A stretch of 64,000 nt of DNA from Streptosporangiales bacterium (GCA_009379825.1 WHTA01000016.1:32224-96223); one strand, 5' to 3'; numbered from the stretch's first letter, positions 51,709 to 60,393 are shown. The notes: a model not told the origin generated them from the sequence alone. A program made the numbers and translations.

Positions 51709-51742
51709 GATTGTTGACAATCCTACTCTGCGTTTCTACCGT
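51709..51742 (+). promoter_or_regulatory. Palindrome GATTGTTGACAATC (51709-51722) overlapping a promoter-like TTGACA (51714-51719) -17 nt- TACCGT (51737-51742) facing the dehydrogenase gene
   Basis: Read directly. The -35 hexamer is embedded in the palindrome. The spacing was counted by hand. Confidence 0.55.
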
Positions 51743-51791
51743 CAGCCTGGTCCAGTACTTACGAAACTTGCGAAATCCTTGGTGGTGATAC

Positions 51792-53024
51792 ATGCCAGCG
51801 AAGACCGCGCGGCGACCGTACCTGAGGGTGATCTGGTCCGACCCGGAAAGTGACGCGACCGGATACCTGGTGGTCGATCGGCTGGTCACCGGCATCGGCA
51901 CTGGCGGGCTGCGAACGCGCGCCGGTTGCACCCTGGAGGAGGTCGAGGACCTCGCCAGGGAGATGTCGCTGAAGGTCGGCGCCTACGGCGTGCCCGTCGG
52001 GGGCGCCAAGGGCGGCATCGACTACCCGCCGGACGCCCCCGACGTGGACGAGGTGCGGCTGCGCTACGTCCAGGCGATGCGCCCGTACCTCGACAGCATG
52101 TGGACCACCGCCGCAGACTTCGGCACCCCGCAGGCCAGCTTGGACCAGGTGTTCGAGCGGGCCGGGCTCGGTTCCTCGTCGCTACGCGCAGGCCTGCGTC
52201 GTAGCCCCGACCCGGAGGCGACCGCCGCGGACGTCAAGCGGCAGTTCGTCGACGGCGAGGAGGGCCTCACCATGCCCGCGCTGATCGGCGGGTACGGCGT
52301 CGCGGAGGCAGGCCTGGCCGGCCTGGAAGGGCTCGGCATCGCGCCTGCGGAAGCGACCGCGGTCGTCCAGGGCTTCGGTGCCATGGGCGGTTCCACGGCG
52401 CTATACCTGGCGAAGGCCGGGGTGCGGGTGGTCGGCATCAGCGACGCGCAAGGGCTGCTGGTGAACACCGAACGCGGCCTGGACGTGCCGGCGCTGCTCG
52501 CGGCGCGCTCGCCCGCGGGTGCCATCGACCGTGCGGTGCTGCGGTCGGACGACACCGAGCTGCCGGGCAGCGCCTGGCTCGACCTCGACGTCGACCTGCT
52601 GGTGCCGGCGGCGGTCTCGTACACGATCACCACGCAGAACTGCGCGCAGGTCAAGGCGCGGTTGATCGCCGAGGCGGCGAACGTCCCCATCACCCCGGAC
52701 GCGGAACGGTCGCTCACCGACCGCGGCGTGGTCGTCGTCCCCGACTTCGTCGCGAACGCGGGTGCGGCCGTCTGGGCGTGGTGGGTCGTGCTCGGCCTGG
52801 TGACCGGTCCCGCCGATTCCCGTTCCCTCCTCTCCAAGCATGTGCGGCCGCTGGTCGGCCAGCTGATCGATGCCTGGCGGGAGAACTCAACCCCACCCCG
52901 CGAAGCCGCTGCGCGGATCGCGGAGGAGAACCTTGCCCGCAACGTGGAGCGCTACGGCGGTGTGGTCGAACGCGTTCCGCTGTTCGAGGCAGGAGCACAA
53001 GCAGCAGGACTCACCAGGAGCTGA
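51792..53024 (+). CDS. Glu/Leu/Phe/Val dehydrogenase family protein
   Basis: GVPVGGAKGGIDY (catalytic Lys motif) and an NAD domain (AVVQGFGAMGGSTALYLAKAGVRVVGISD). 410 aa. Confidence 0.9.
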   Translation: MPAKTARRPYLRVIWSDPESDATGYLVVDRLVTGIGTGGLRTRAGCTLEEVEDLAREMSLKVGAYGVPVGGAKGGIDYPPDAPDVDEVRLRYVQAMRPYLDSMWTTAADFGTPQASLDQVFERAGLGSSSLRAGLRRSPDPEATAADVKRQFVDGEEGLTMPALIGGYGVAEAGLAGLEGLGIAPAEATAVVQGFGAMGGSTALYLAKAGVRVVGISDAQGLLVNTERGLDVPALLAARSPAGAIDRAVLRSDDTELPGSAWLDLDVDLLVPAAVSYTITTQNCAQVKARLIAEAANVPITPDAERSLTDRGVVVVPDFVANAGAAVWAWWVVLGLVTGPADSRSLLSKHVRPLVGQLIDAWRENSTPPREAAARIAEENLARNVERYGGVVERVPLFEAGAQAAGLTRS

Positions 53025-53035
53025 AGGGAACGGAA

Positions 53036-53536
53036 GTGGCCAGATACATCGAGATCTCGTTGGACAAGCGCGGCGTGAGTTGCACCGCCGTGCTGTTGGA
53101 CGAGCAGGCGCCCCGCACCTGCGAGGCGGTGTGGAACGCACTGCCGATGGGCAGCGACGCGTACCACGCGAAGTACGCGCGCAACGAGATCTACACGCTC
53201 GTACAGGCGTTCGCCGACCCGGAGCCTGGCAGGGAGAACACCACCATCACCCCGATCCCCGGTGACGTCGCGTACTTCTCCTTCGAGAAGTGGCAGATCG
53301 CGACGCCGTCGCACGGGTACTCGTCCGCGGAGGAGGCCCACAAGGGCGCCGACATCGTGGACATCGCGCTGTTCTACGAGCGCAACAACCTGCTGCTGAA
53401 CCCGGACTACGGGTTCGTGCCGGCCAACATCTTCGCGACCATCGTCGAAGGCCTGCCGGAGATCGCGGCCGCGAGCCAGGACCTCTGGAAGCGTGGCGTG
53501 GAGGGCGAGACCCTCTCCATCCGCCGCAAGGAGTAA
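53036..53536 (+). CDS. DUF3830-like (cyclophilin-like fold) protein
   Basis: GTG 53036 follows GAAGGGAA. The sequence IEISLDKRGVSCTAVLLDEQAPRTCEAVWNALP...GDVAYFSFE resembles DUF3830 members as I recall them. Confidence 0.7.
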   Translation: MARYIEISLDKRGVSCTAVLLDEQAPRTCEAVWNALPMGSDAYHAKYARNEIYTLVQAFADPEPGRENTTITPIPGDVAYFSFEKWQIATPSHGYSSAEEAHKGADIVDIALFYERNNLLLNPDYGFVPANIFATIVEGLPEIAAASQDLWKRGVEGETLSIRRKE

Positions 53537-53619
53537 CGCACCGACCGGGCACAACCCGGTCGTACCGAACCGACCCCCTGGCCGACAGCGGCCAGGGGGT
53601 CGGTCTGTCGAGCGGTGGG

Positions 53620-54420
53620 TCAGGCGAAGAGGCGCTGGCCGTTCGGTGGTGGCGTGATGCCGCAGGCGCGCAGCGCCGCCCACATGGTCACCTGGTTGGC
53701 GGAGAGCACCGGCTTGCCGAGTGCCTCCTCCAGCGGCGGGATGGCGTCGTACGTCGGCAGGTTGGTGCAGCTGAGGAAGAGCGCCTGGGCGTCCGGGTGG
53801 TCCGCGTCGACGCCGAGCTGTGTCACCTCGTCGTAGCCGACCTGCCAGATGTGGTCGAGCAGCCCCAGGTGTGCGCTCGACGTGACGGACACCCCGGCTT
53901 CGCCGAGGAAGTCGTGCAGCCGGACGGTGACGCTCTCCACGTACGGTGTGGCGACGGCGATGCGTTTGATGCCGAGGTGCTCCAACGCCTCGAGCAGTGC
54001 GCCTGACGTGGTGAGCGCGGCCGGGGCGCCGGTGGTGGACATGGCCTCGCGCAGCTCGCGTTCGCCCTCCATGCCGCCGACGAAGCTGCCGGACGTGCAG
54101 AGGTACGCGACCACCTCGGGCTCCGCGGTGAGCACTTCGGCGGTGCCGGACTGCACGATGCTGGTCTCGCTGACCAGCTGTGCCATCTCGACGGTGACGG
54201 GCACGGCGAGGCGGGGCGTGCGGGTGACGTACAGCGACACGTCGTCGGGCACCCAGCGCCAGACCTCCCGGTCGAGCGCGAAGTCGTACGGCGCGACGAT
54301 CCCGACGCCGTGCTGGGGCAGCAGCGGTATCGGCACGGTGACCCGAACCGTGTTCGCGGGGGCGTCGAGCGCGACGGCCTCGGCGGTTTCAGTGGCAGCC
54401 CGCTGCCCGTCCAGGTCCAA
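53620..54420 (-). CDS. Maleate cis-trans isomerase family protein (Asp/Glu racemase superfamily), paralog 2 (Cys/Cys)
   Basis: Both catalytic Cys motifs are present (YLCTSGSF and LFLSCTNLPT). TTG 54420 is 7 nt after AAGGAG. Confidence 0.85.
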   Translation of the reverse strand: MDLDGQRAATETAEAVALDAPANTVRVTVPIPLLPQHGVGIVAPYDFALDREVWRWVPDDVSLYVTRTPRLAVPVTVEMAQLVSETSIVQSGTAEVLTAEPEVVAYLCTSGSFVGGMEGERELREAMSTTGAPAALTTSGALLEALEHLGIKRIAVATPYVESVTVRLHDFLGEAGVSVTSSAHLGLLDHIWQVGYDEVTQLGVDADHPDAQALFLSCTNLPTYDAIPPLEEALGKPVLSANQVTMWAALRACGITPPPNGQRLFA

Positions 54421-54480
54421 TCACCCACTCCTTTCCCCAGCAGCCGCATGCTCACAGAACACTAGTGTCCCGGCTCCAAG

Positions 54481-54494
54481 AGTTGTTGACAATC
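54481..54494. promoter_or_regulatory. Variant palindrome AGTTGTTGACAATC in the divergent region between isomerase paralog 2 and the 2-hydroxyacid dehydrogenase
   Basis: Read directly. The core TTGTTGACAATCCTAC is shared with the site at 51711. TATGTT (54507-54512) lies 6 nt before GTG 54519. Confidence 0.5.
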
Positions 54495-54518
54495 CTACGA
54501 TTGCTGTATGTTTCGCGC

Positions 54519-55484
54519 GTGTCCGCACGTCCAACGATCGCCGTTCTCTGCAAGGACTCACGGCCGCCGAAGATGGCCGAGGTCGAGGCCCTTGCCGAGG
54601 TACGTTACGCCTCCGCCGCCGAGCTGCCCACTGCCGTTGCAGGTGCCGACGTGCTCTTCATGTGGGACTTCCTCTCCTCGGCCCTCGTCGACGCGTGGCC
54701 GGCCGCCAGGCAGCTGCAGTGGATCCACCAGGCCGCGGCCGGGGTGGACAAGGTGCTGCTGCCCGAGGTGGTCGCCAGCGACGTCGTCGTCACCAACTCC
54801 CGCAACGTCTTCGACCAGGCGATCGCCGAGTACGTGCTCGGCCTAGTGCTTTCGTTCGCGAAGGACTTCCCGCGCACGCTCGAGCTGCAGCGCGAGCACA
54901 CCTGGCAGCACCGCGACTCCGAGATGATCGCCGGCAAGCAGGCCGTCGTCGTCGGGGTGGGGCCGATCGGCCGGGCGACCGCCAGGTTGCTGCGCGCTGC
55001 CGGCCTCCGGGTGCGCGGCGTCGGCCGTACGGCGCGTACCGGCGACGAGGACTTCGGCGACGTGCTCGCGTCGAGCGACCTGCTGCAGGTGCTGCCTGGC
55101 GCCGACTACGTGGTCGTCGCCGCCCCGCTGACTCCCGCCACCCGCGGCATGTTCGACGCCGCGGCGTTCGACGCCATGCAACCGACCGCCCGGTTCGTGA
55201 ACATCGGGCGGGGTGAGATCGTGGTGCAGGACGAGATGGTCGAGGCACTGGTGACCGAGCGGATCGCGGGCGCCGCGCTCGATGTCTTCGAGGAGGAACC
55301 GCTGCCTGCCGATTCGCCGCTGTGGGAGATGCCCAACGTCGTGGTCTCACCGCACATGTCCGCGGACTTCATCGGCTGGCTGGACGTGCTCGCCGACGTG
55401 TTCGTGGACAACTTCACCCGGTGGCACGCAGGGCAGTCACTGCGCAACGTGGTGGACAAGCAGCTGGGTTACGTCGCTTCGTAG
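54519..55484 (+). CDS. D-isomer-specific 2-hydroxyacid dehydrogenase, NAD-binding
   Basis: Motifs VVGVGPIGRATARLL, NIGRGEIV, DVFEEEPLP and SPHMSA. I prefer GTG 54519 to the track start 54465, which would run through the palindrome. Confidence 0.85.
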   Translation: MSARPTIAVLCKDSRPPKMAEVEALAEVRYASAAELPTAVAGADVLFMWDFLSSALVDAWPAARQLQWIHQAAAGVDKVLLPEVVASDVVVTNSRNVFDQAIAEYVLGLVLSFAKDFPRTLELQREHTWQHRDSEMIAGKQAVVVGVGPIGRATARLLRAAGLRVRGVGRTARTGDEDFGDVLASSDLLQVLPGADYVVVAAPLTPATRGMFDAAAFDAMQPTARFVNIGRGEIVVQDEMVEALVTERIAGAALDVFEEEPLPADSPLWEMPNVVVSPHMSADFIGWLDVLADVFVDNFTRWHAGQSLRNVVDKQLGYVAS

Positions 55485-55508
55485 GCTGCGTATATTTCAA
55501 TCGAGTCG

Positions 55509-56927
55509 ATGGGACTGTCGATGACTACCGAGGTCGCGCACCTCACCGCCACCGAGTTGCTGGCGGCGTACGAGAAGAAGGAGCTCTCGCCGGTCGAGGC
55601 GACGCAGGCGGCGCTCGACCGGATCGCCGCCGTGGACGAGCAGCTCAACGCGTACTGCCTGGTCGACGCCGACAGTGCGCTCGGGCAGGCCAGGGAGTCC
55701 GAGCAGCGGTGGCAGCGTGGTGAGCCCGCCGGTCCGGTGGACGGCGTGCCGACGTCGGTCAAGGACATGTTCCTCACCCGCGGCTGGCCGACACTGCGCG
55801 GTTCCCGCACGGTCGACGCCGACCAGAAGTGGGAGGCGGACGCGCCGTGCGTCGCGCGGCTGCGGGAGAGCGGTGCGGTGCTCGTCGGCAAGACCACCAC
55901 CCCCGAGCTGGGCTGGAAGGGTGTCACGGACAACCCGCTCACCGGCGTGACGCGGAACCCGTGGGACCTCACCCGCACGCCCGGTGGCTCGAGTGGCGGC
56001 AGCTCCGCGGCGGTGGCCGCGGGGATGGCGCCGCTGTCCGTGGGTACCGATGGCGGCGGGTCCGTCCGCATCCCCGGCGCGTTCAGCGGCATCTTCGCGC
56101 TGAAGCCGACGTACGGCCGGATCCCGCTCTACCCGTCGAGCCCGTTCGGCACCCTCGCGCACGCCGGCCCGATGACCTGGACCGTGGACGACGGCGCGCT
56201 GCTGCTCGACGTGATCAGCGCACACGACGCGCGGGACTGGTCGGAACTGGCGCCGCCGGTGGGGTCGTTCGTGGACGCGCTCGGCGACGGCGTGCAGGGG
56301 CTGCGCATCGCGTTCAGCCCCGACCTGGGGTTCGTGGACGTGCACCCGGAGGTGGCCGCGGCCGTCCGCGACGGCGTGGCGGCCTTCGGCGCGGCCGGCG
56401 CGCACGTGGAGGAGGCGTCCCCGGGCTTCGCCGACCCCGTCGAGACGTTCAATGTGCTCTGGTACTCGGGCGCGGCGAAGTTCGTCGAGCCGCTCACCGA
56501 CGAGCAGCGCGGGCTGCTCGACCCTGGGCTGCGCGAGATCTGCGCGCAGGGCGCGACGTACTCCGCGCTGGACTACCTGGAGGCGACGGCGCAGCGGATG
56601 GCGCTCGGTGTGGCGATGGGCGAGTGCCACGAGAACTACGACCTGCTGGTGACGCCGACCATGCCGATCCCGGCGTTCACCGCCGGCCGCGAGGTGCCCG
56701 AGGACTGGTCGCAGCCGCGGTGGACGAGCTGGTCGCCGTTCACCTACCCGTTCAACCTCACCCAGCAGCCGGCGGCGACGGTGCCGTGCGGGTTCACCGC
56801 GAGCGGGCTGCCGATCGGCCTGCAGATCGTGGGCCCGCGGCACGCCGACGCCGCCGTGCTCGCGGCGGCGAAGGCGTTCCAGGACGCCAAGCCCTGGACG
56901 GCCACCCGCCCCACCCTGGAGTCCTGA
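55509..56927 (+). CDS. Amidase-signature family amidase
   Basis: GVPTSVKD (catalytic Lys) and GGSSGGSSAAVAAGMAPLSVGTDGGGSVRIPGAFSG (Ser-cisSer signature). Confidence 0.9.
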   Translation: MGLSMTTEVAHLTATELLAAYEKKELSPVEATQAALDRIAAVDEQLNAYCLVDADSALGQARESEQRWQRGEPAGPVDGVPTSVKDMFLTRGWPTLRGSRTVDADQKWEADAPCVARLRESGAVLVGKTTTPELGWKGVTDNPLTGVTRNPWDLTRTPGGSSGGSSAAVAAGMAPLSVGTDGGGSVRIPGAFSGIFALKPTYGRIPLYPSSPFGTLAHAGPMTWTVDDGALLLDVISAHDARDWSELAPPVGSFVDALGDGVQGLRIAFSPDLGFVDVHPEVAAAVRDGVAAFGAAGAHVEEASPGFADPVETFNVLWYSGAAKFVEPLTDEQRGLLDPGLREICAQGATYSALDYLEATAQRMALGVAMGECHENYDLLVTPTMPIPAFTAGREVPEDWSQPRWTSWSPFTYPFNLTQQPAATVPCGFTASGLPIGLQIVGPRHADAAVLAAAKAFQDAKPWTATRPTLES

Positions 56928-56966
56928 CCCGCCGGCCCGGGGCCTGCGGCGCGGCCACAGCCCCAA

Positions 56967-57020
56967 CGCCACGTTGCGGCTTCGTCGTCGTGGTAGCGAC
57001 AGTAAAGCCGCAACGTGGCG
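56967..57020. terminator. 16-bp stem / 22-nt loop hairpin between convergent amidase and XRE-TPR genes
   Basis: CGCCACGTTGCGGCTT ... AAGCCGCAACGTGGCG, read directly. Confidence 0.5.
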
Positions 57021-57099
57021 GTAACTAGGTAGCTCGCGAGTAAGCCTGGGCGGTCGGGCGATCGGACGGGCCGCGAGGTGGCGTTGAGCGCCCTCCCGC

Positions 57100-58308
57100 T
57101 CACTCCAGGCCCAGGGTTCCTGACAGTTCGCGTAGCGCGAGGTCGCCGCCGTGTTCGGTGTGGAGTAGATCGGTCACCAGCGCGATGACGACCGGGTGTC
57201 CGGTGACGAACTCGGGTGCGAGGCTGTGAGCGTAGGTGAGTGCGTCAATGGCTGCCGGCAGGTTGCGGCGCTGCGTGTGGGCGCGAGCGACGTCGAGTTG
57301 GTGTCGCGCCTGGCGTTCCGGGGACAGCGGCGAGGCGTCGAAGGCTTCCGCGACGCGCAGCGCTGCGCCCGCGTCTCCGAGATGGACGGCGACGGTGACA
57401 CGGTGCAGCGTTGCGTTGTCTGGGCCGAACTCCGTGCCGTAGTCGTTGCGTCCGCGCCCGACGCGGCCGGCGAGTTCGTCGGCGGAATCGAGGTGCTTGT
57501 ATGCGGCGTCGGCGTCGGCGTCGGCGTGGTCGAGGCGTGCCTCGGCGAGTGCGGATTGTAGGTGGAGCACGCCAGTCAGAGATAGGGCACCGACGTCGCC
57601 CTCTTCGACGCGTGCTGCAAGCGCATCGATGGCCGACGATGCAGTGCGGAGGGCGTGGGTGTAGTGGCGGGCGCTCTGAAACACGATGCACAGGCGGAAT
57701 GACCCTTCGGCCATCAGCAGCGCATCTCCGGTGCGCTCGGCGGCGGCGATGCCGCGGTCTGCGGCGACCCAGGCGGCTGGGAACTCGCCGAGGTTCGACA
57801 GGACCGCCGCCAGGGCGTGGTATGCGCGAGCGAGCGACACGTACGCCTGTCGTCGGTCGCGGCCTTTCGTCGTGCGGGCTGCGCTTTCCAGCTCGGGCAG
57901 CCGCGCCGCGAGCCGGTCGCGGACGTGTTCGTACTTGGAGGCATGAACGTACTGCCACGCCTCGGATACGGCATCCGCAAGCTCGGTTGTATCGGTCGAG
58001 TCATGGGCCGCGAGGACGGCGGTCAGTGCATCGGAGGACGCGAGCGCGAGCGCCAGATCACCCGCCACACTCGGTGCCTCATGGGCGGCGGCGGGCGTGG
58101 CCGGCGCCAGGTCAGCGACGGGAACGTCGAGAGCATCGGCCAGTCGCTCTAGCACCGACATACGGTCGATGTGCCGTGCGCCGCGCTCGACCTGTGAGAG
58201 CCAGGTCTCGGACCGACCGACCAGCCGGGCGAACTCGCGCTGCGAGAGGCCGCGTTGCTTGCGCAGTCGGGCGATGGTCCGTCCGAGCTGGTTTGAGAGG
58301 TCGCTCAC
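57100..58308 (-). CDS. XRE-family HTH regulator with long TPR-like C-terminal domain
   Basis: LGRTIARLRKQRGLSQREFARLVGRSETWLSQVERGARHI, followed by about 300 aa of helical repeats. Confidence 0.85.
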   Translation of the reverse strand: MSDLSNQLGRTIARLRKQRGLSQREFARLVGRSETWLSQVERGARHIDRMSVLERLADALDVPVADLAPATPAAAHEAPSVAGDLALALASSDALTAVLAAHDSTDTTELADAVSEAWQYVHASKYEHVRDRLAARLPELESAARTTKGRDRRQAYVSLARAYHALAAVLSNLGEFPAAWVAADRGIAAAERTGDALLMAEGSFRLCIVFQSARHYTHALRTASSAIDALAARVEEGDVGALSLTGVLHLQSALAEARLDHADADADAAYKHLDSADELAGRVGRGRNDYGTEFGPDNATLHRVTVAVHLGDAGAALRVAEAFDASPLSPERQARHQLDVARAHTQRRNLPAAIDALTYAHSLAPEFVTGHPVVIALVTDLLHTEHGGDLALRELSGTLGLE

Positions 58309-58613
58309 CCTGGCAACTTTGACGGTCCCGGCGTCAGAAACTCCACCCGCGTAGCTGCGATGTATGGCTGGCGCTCACGCAGGTACTCCACTGTGTGGGG
58401 CGCGCGCTCGTGCGCCTCGAAAGCGGCACGATCTGCGTACAACTCGTAGTGCACCCGCGCCAGCGGCTCACCATCGATCGTGTGCGTGGTGTAGACGAGC
58501 GTGCCCGGCTCGTCGTCCCGGATACCCGGTGCGGTCTTGGCAACGAGTGCGTCGTACGCCGCTGCTGCATCCGCGTCCTTCAAGTCGAAGCGCACCACGA
58601 GCCCGAACATCAT
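58305..58613 (-). CDS. Antibiotic-biosynthesis-monooxygenase (ABM) domain protein
   Basis: 102 aa from ATG 58613, preceded by GGAAGG: MMFGLVVRFDLKD...LVYTTH...YELYADRAAFEAHERAPH. The stop overlaps the XRE start (ATGA). Confidence 0.75.
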   Translation of the reverse strand: MMFGLVVRFDLKDADAAAAYDALVAKTAPGIRDDEPGTLVYTTHTIDGEPLARVHYELYADRAAFEAHERAPHTVEYLRERQPYIAATRVEFLTPGPSKLPG

Positions 58614-58707
58614 GACCAGCCTTCCATCGCCAGCACCTCGCGTTTCACAGCGTACTTGGAGTGCGGCCAAGTCTTCGACCGCGGTAACGGTAGCAGCACA
58701 TTGAGTA

Positions 58708-58736
58708 TTGACCCGCACTTTTTGTGCGGCTACTGT
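58708..58736 (+). promoter_or_regulatory. Promoter-like element TTGACC -17 nt- TACTGT
   Basis: Read directly. The spacer itself forms a small hairpin, CCGCACtttttGTGCGG. An ATG at 58745 lies 8 nt after the -10. Confidence 0.4.
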
Positions 58737-58890
58737 CGGTCGACATGACCTGGCCAGGAACAGCAGCCGCGACGCCGGCTCGGATGGAACACCGGGCCGA
58801 GGTCGCGTTGAGGACGAGGCGGGGCGGATCGCCGGATCCCCGAGCCGGCGACCGCTCCGCCGAGCAACGCGGGTGTGGTGAAGAGGAGGC

Positions 58891-59181
58891 GTGAGGGGGA
58901 TGAGGGGTGACGGTGCAGGCGGTGACGGATCCGCTGAGGACGGTGCTCTGGACGTGGAGCAGCTCGTGGCCATGCATGCGCGGTTGCGGGCCGAGCGCGG
59001 CGAGTGGACTGCGGAACAGTTGGCGGCGCTGGACTCGCTGGCTCGCGCTCAGCGGTTCGATGGCATCGAGGCCTACGAGGCTGCTGAGATCGAGTCGCTG
59101 ATCCAACGTGGCCATGTGCATGGCGCGCGGAAGCGGCTGACCGAGGCGAGGCGCCGCACCAGGTCGGAGCCGGACCACTAG
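58891..59181 (+). CDS. Hypothetical helical protein
   Basis: Track ORF. GAAGAGGAGG lies upstream and ATG 58900 is an alternative start. The sequence DVEQLVAMHARLRAERGEWTAEQLAALDSLARAQRFDGIEAYEAAEIESL is protein-like. No family recognised. Confidence 0.35.
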   Translation: MRGMRGDGAGGDGSAEDGALDVEQLVAMHARLRAERGEWTAEQLAALDSLARAQRFDGIEAYEAAEIESLIQRGHVHGARKRLTEARRRTRSEPDH

Positions 59182-59298
59182 AGCCGGGTCGGGGTCCGTG
59201 CCTGATAGTCCCCGAGGTCGGGCACGGCCCCGCCCCCTTTGATCCCGCCGGTGTGACCCACCCCGGCGGTCGCCCTGAGAGATCGAGAGGAACCCGAA

Positions 59299-59517
59299 GT
59301 GAAGGACGAGCTGCAGAATCTGTACGGTGTCGACCTGACGAACGCGACATGGCGGAAGTCGACCTTTTCAAACCCGGAAAACTGTGTCGAGGTCGCGTTG
59401 ATCGCTGGTGGTGTGGCGGTGCGGGACTCGAAGAACCCGCAGCGCGGCGCGCTGGTGTTCGACAACGCCGAGTGGCGCGCGTTCGTCCGCGGCGCGGCGG
59501 CCGGCGAATTCAGCTAG
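59299..59517 (+). CDS. DUF397 (BldB-like) small protein
   Basis: WRKSTFSNPENCVEVALIAGGVAVRDSKNP...LVFDNAEWRAFVRG is the DUF397 signature. Confidence 0.85.
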   Translation: MKDELQNLYGVDLTNATWRKSTFSNPENCVEVALIAGGVAVRDSKNPQRGALVFDNAEWRAFVRGAAAGEFS

Positions 59518-59530
59518 CCGCATGGTGAGG

Positions 59531-59567
59531 CTGCCCGCCGCGATCGCGCCCCTGGACCGGCGGGCAG
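59531..59567. terminator. 10-bp stem hairpin after the DUF397 gene
   Basis: CTGCCCGCCG (17-nt loop) CGGCGGGCAG, read directly. Confidence 0.4.
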
Positions 59568-59659
59568 ACAGTCGGACCGGGCGGGTAGGTCACGTCCCCG
59601 TGCCGCCCGCCCGGCCGGCACACACCGTGCGACCCGTACCGGACGCGAACGGAGCAGTC

Positions 59660-59764
59660 ATGCACGACAGGACCGAACCAGCGCACAGGGACAAGGTCGG
59701 TCTTGTCCTACTCGCGGTGGCGCTTGTCGCCTCGGTCGTGTTCTGGGCCCTGGCCACCACCTGA
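59660..59764 (+). CDS. Possible 34-aa hydrophobic peptide
   Basis: ATG 59660 is 5 nt after GGAG. The sequence is MHDRTEPAHRDKVGLVLLAVALVASVVFWALATT. It is too short to verify. Confidence 0.25.
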   Translation: MHDRTEPAHRDKVGLVLLAVALVASVVFWALATT

Positions 59765-60143
59765 CCACTCGCGCTCGCGCGATGGCCCGTGCGAGCCCCC
59801 GACAGCACCGGCGGCACCGAATGGAGGACCGACCCGCGGCAGTGACCGCTAACGATGACGACGCACTCCGTGCCACCTCGCCCGGCCGGGCCGGCGAGGT
59901 GGTCACGGCCTACCGTGACGCCCGCCGCGCCGCCGCCGCGCTCGGTGAGGCTCTGCGGCGGGGTGGCTCCACTGCCGAGGACCTGGCGACTGTCACGCCG
60001 AGCCTTGACGATGCCTGCTAGCCCGTCCTGCACGTCCACCTCACCAAGACCGGAGCCGGTCGGCTCCACCGCTTGCTCAGGTCCGAGACGGCCACGCCGG
60101 CTCGGATGAGCGGGGACGCCCCGCCCGAGAACCCGGGCTCGCA

Positions 60144-60356
60144 TCACAGGCCGAGGAAGGCGAGGACGATGCCCACCGCCGAGCCCAGGATGATCATGAG
60201 CGCGAAGACGATGAGGCCGACGAACATGCCCTTGCCTCGCCGCTCCTGCGGCGGTGGGCCGGCCGAGCCGCGGTGGTAGATCGTGTACGGCGCGGCGTAC
60301 TCGATGAGCACCGGCATGCCGGAACGGGTGTCGACCGTGGTCTCCGCCTTGCCCAC
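60144..60356 (-). CDS. Small protein with C-terminal TM segment
   Basis: Track ORF with the tail GMFVGLIVFALMIILGSAVGIVLAFLGL. The frame stays open upstream of GTG 60356 (…PGRYQVRFHTSYFFIKVGKAE…), so the N-terminus may be truncated. Confidence 0.4.
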   Translation of the reverse strand: MGKAETTVDTRSGMPVLIEYAAPYTIYHRGSAGPPPQERRGKGMFVGLIVFALMIILGSAVGIVLAFLGL

Positions 60357-60393
60357 CTTGATGAAGAAGTAGGAGGTGTGGAACCGGACCTGA

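Noticed and set aside
51685-51720. Track start (TTG 51720) for the isomerase-like paralog 1, and track start (GTG 54465) for the 2-hydroxyacid dehydrogenase.
   Set aside because: Both would place the start codon inside or upstream of the palindromic operator or promoter. Downstream starts (GTG 51684 after ACGGAGG; GTG 54519 after a -10-like hexamer) fit better.
59782-60021. 79-aa ORF (MARASPRQHRRHRMEDRPAAV...).
   Set aside because: No convincing RBS, no recognisable domain and Arg/Ala-rich composition. It could be real, but I cannot support it from sequence alone.
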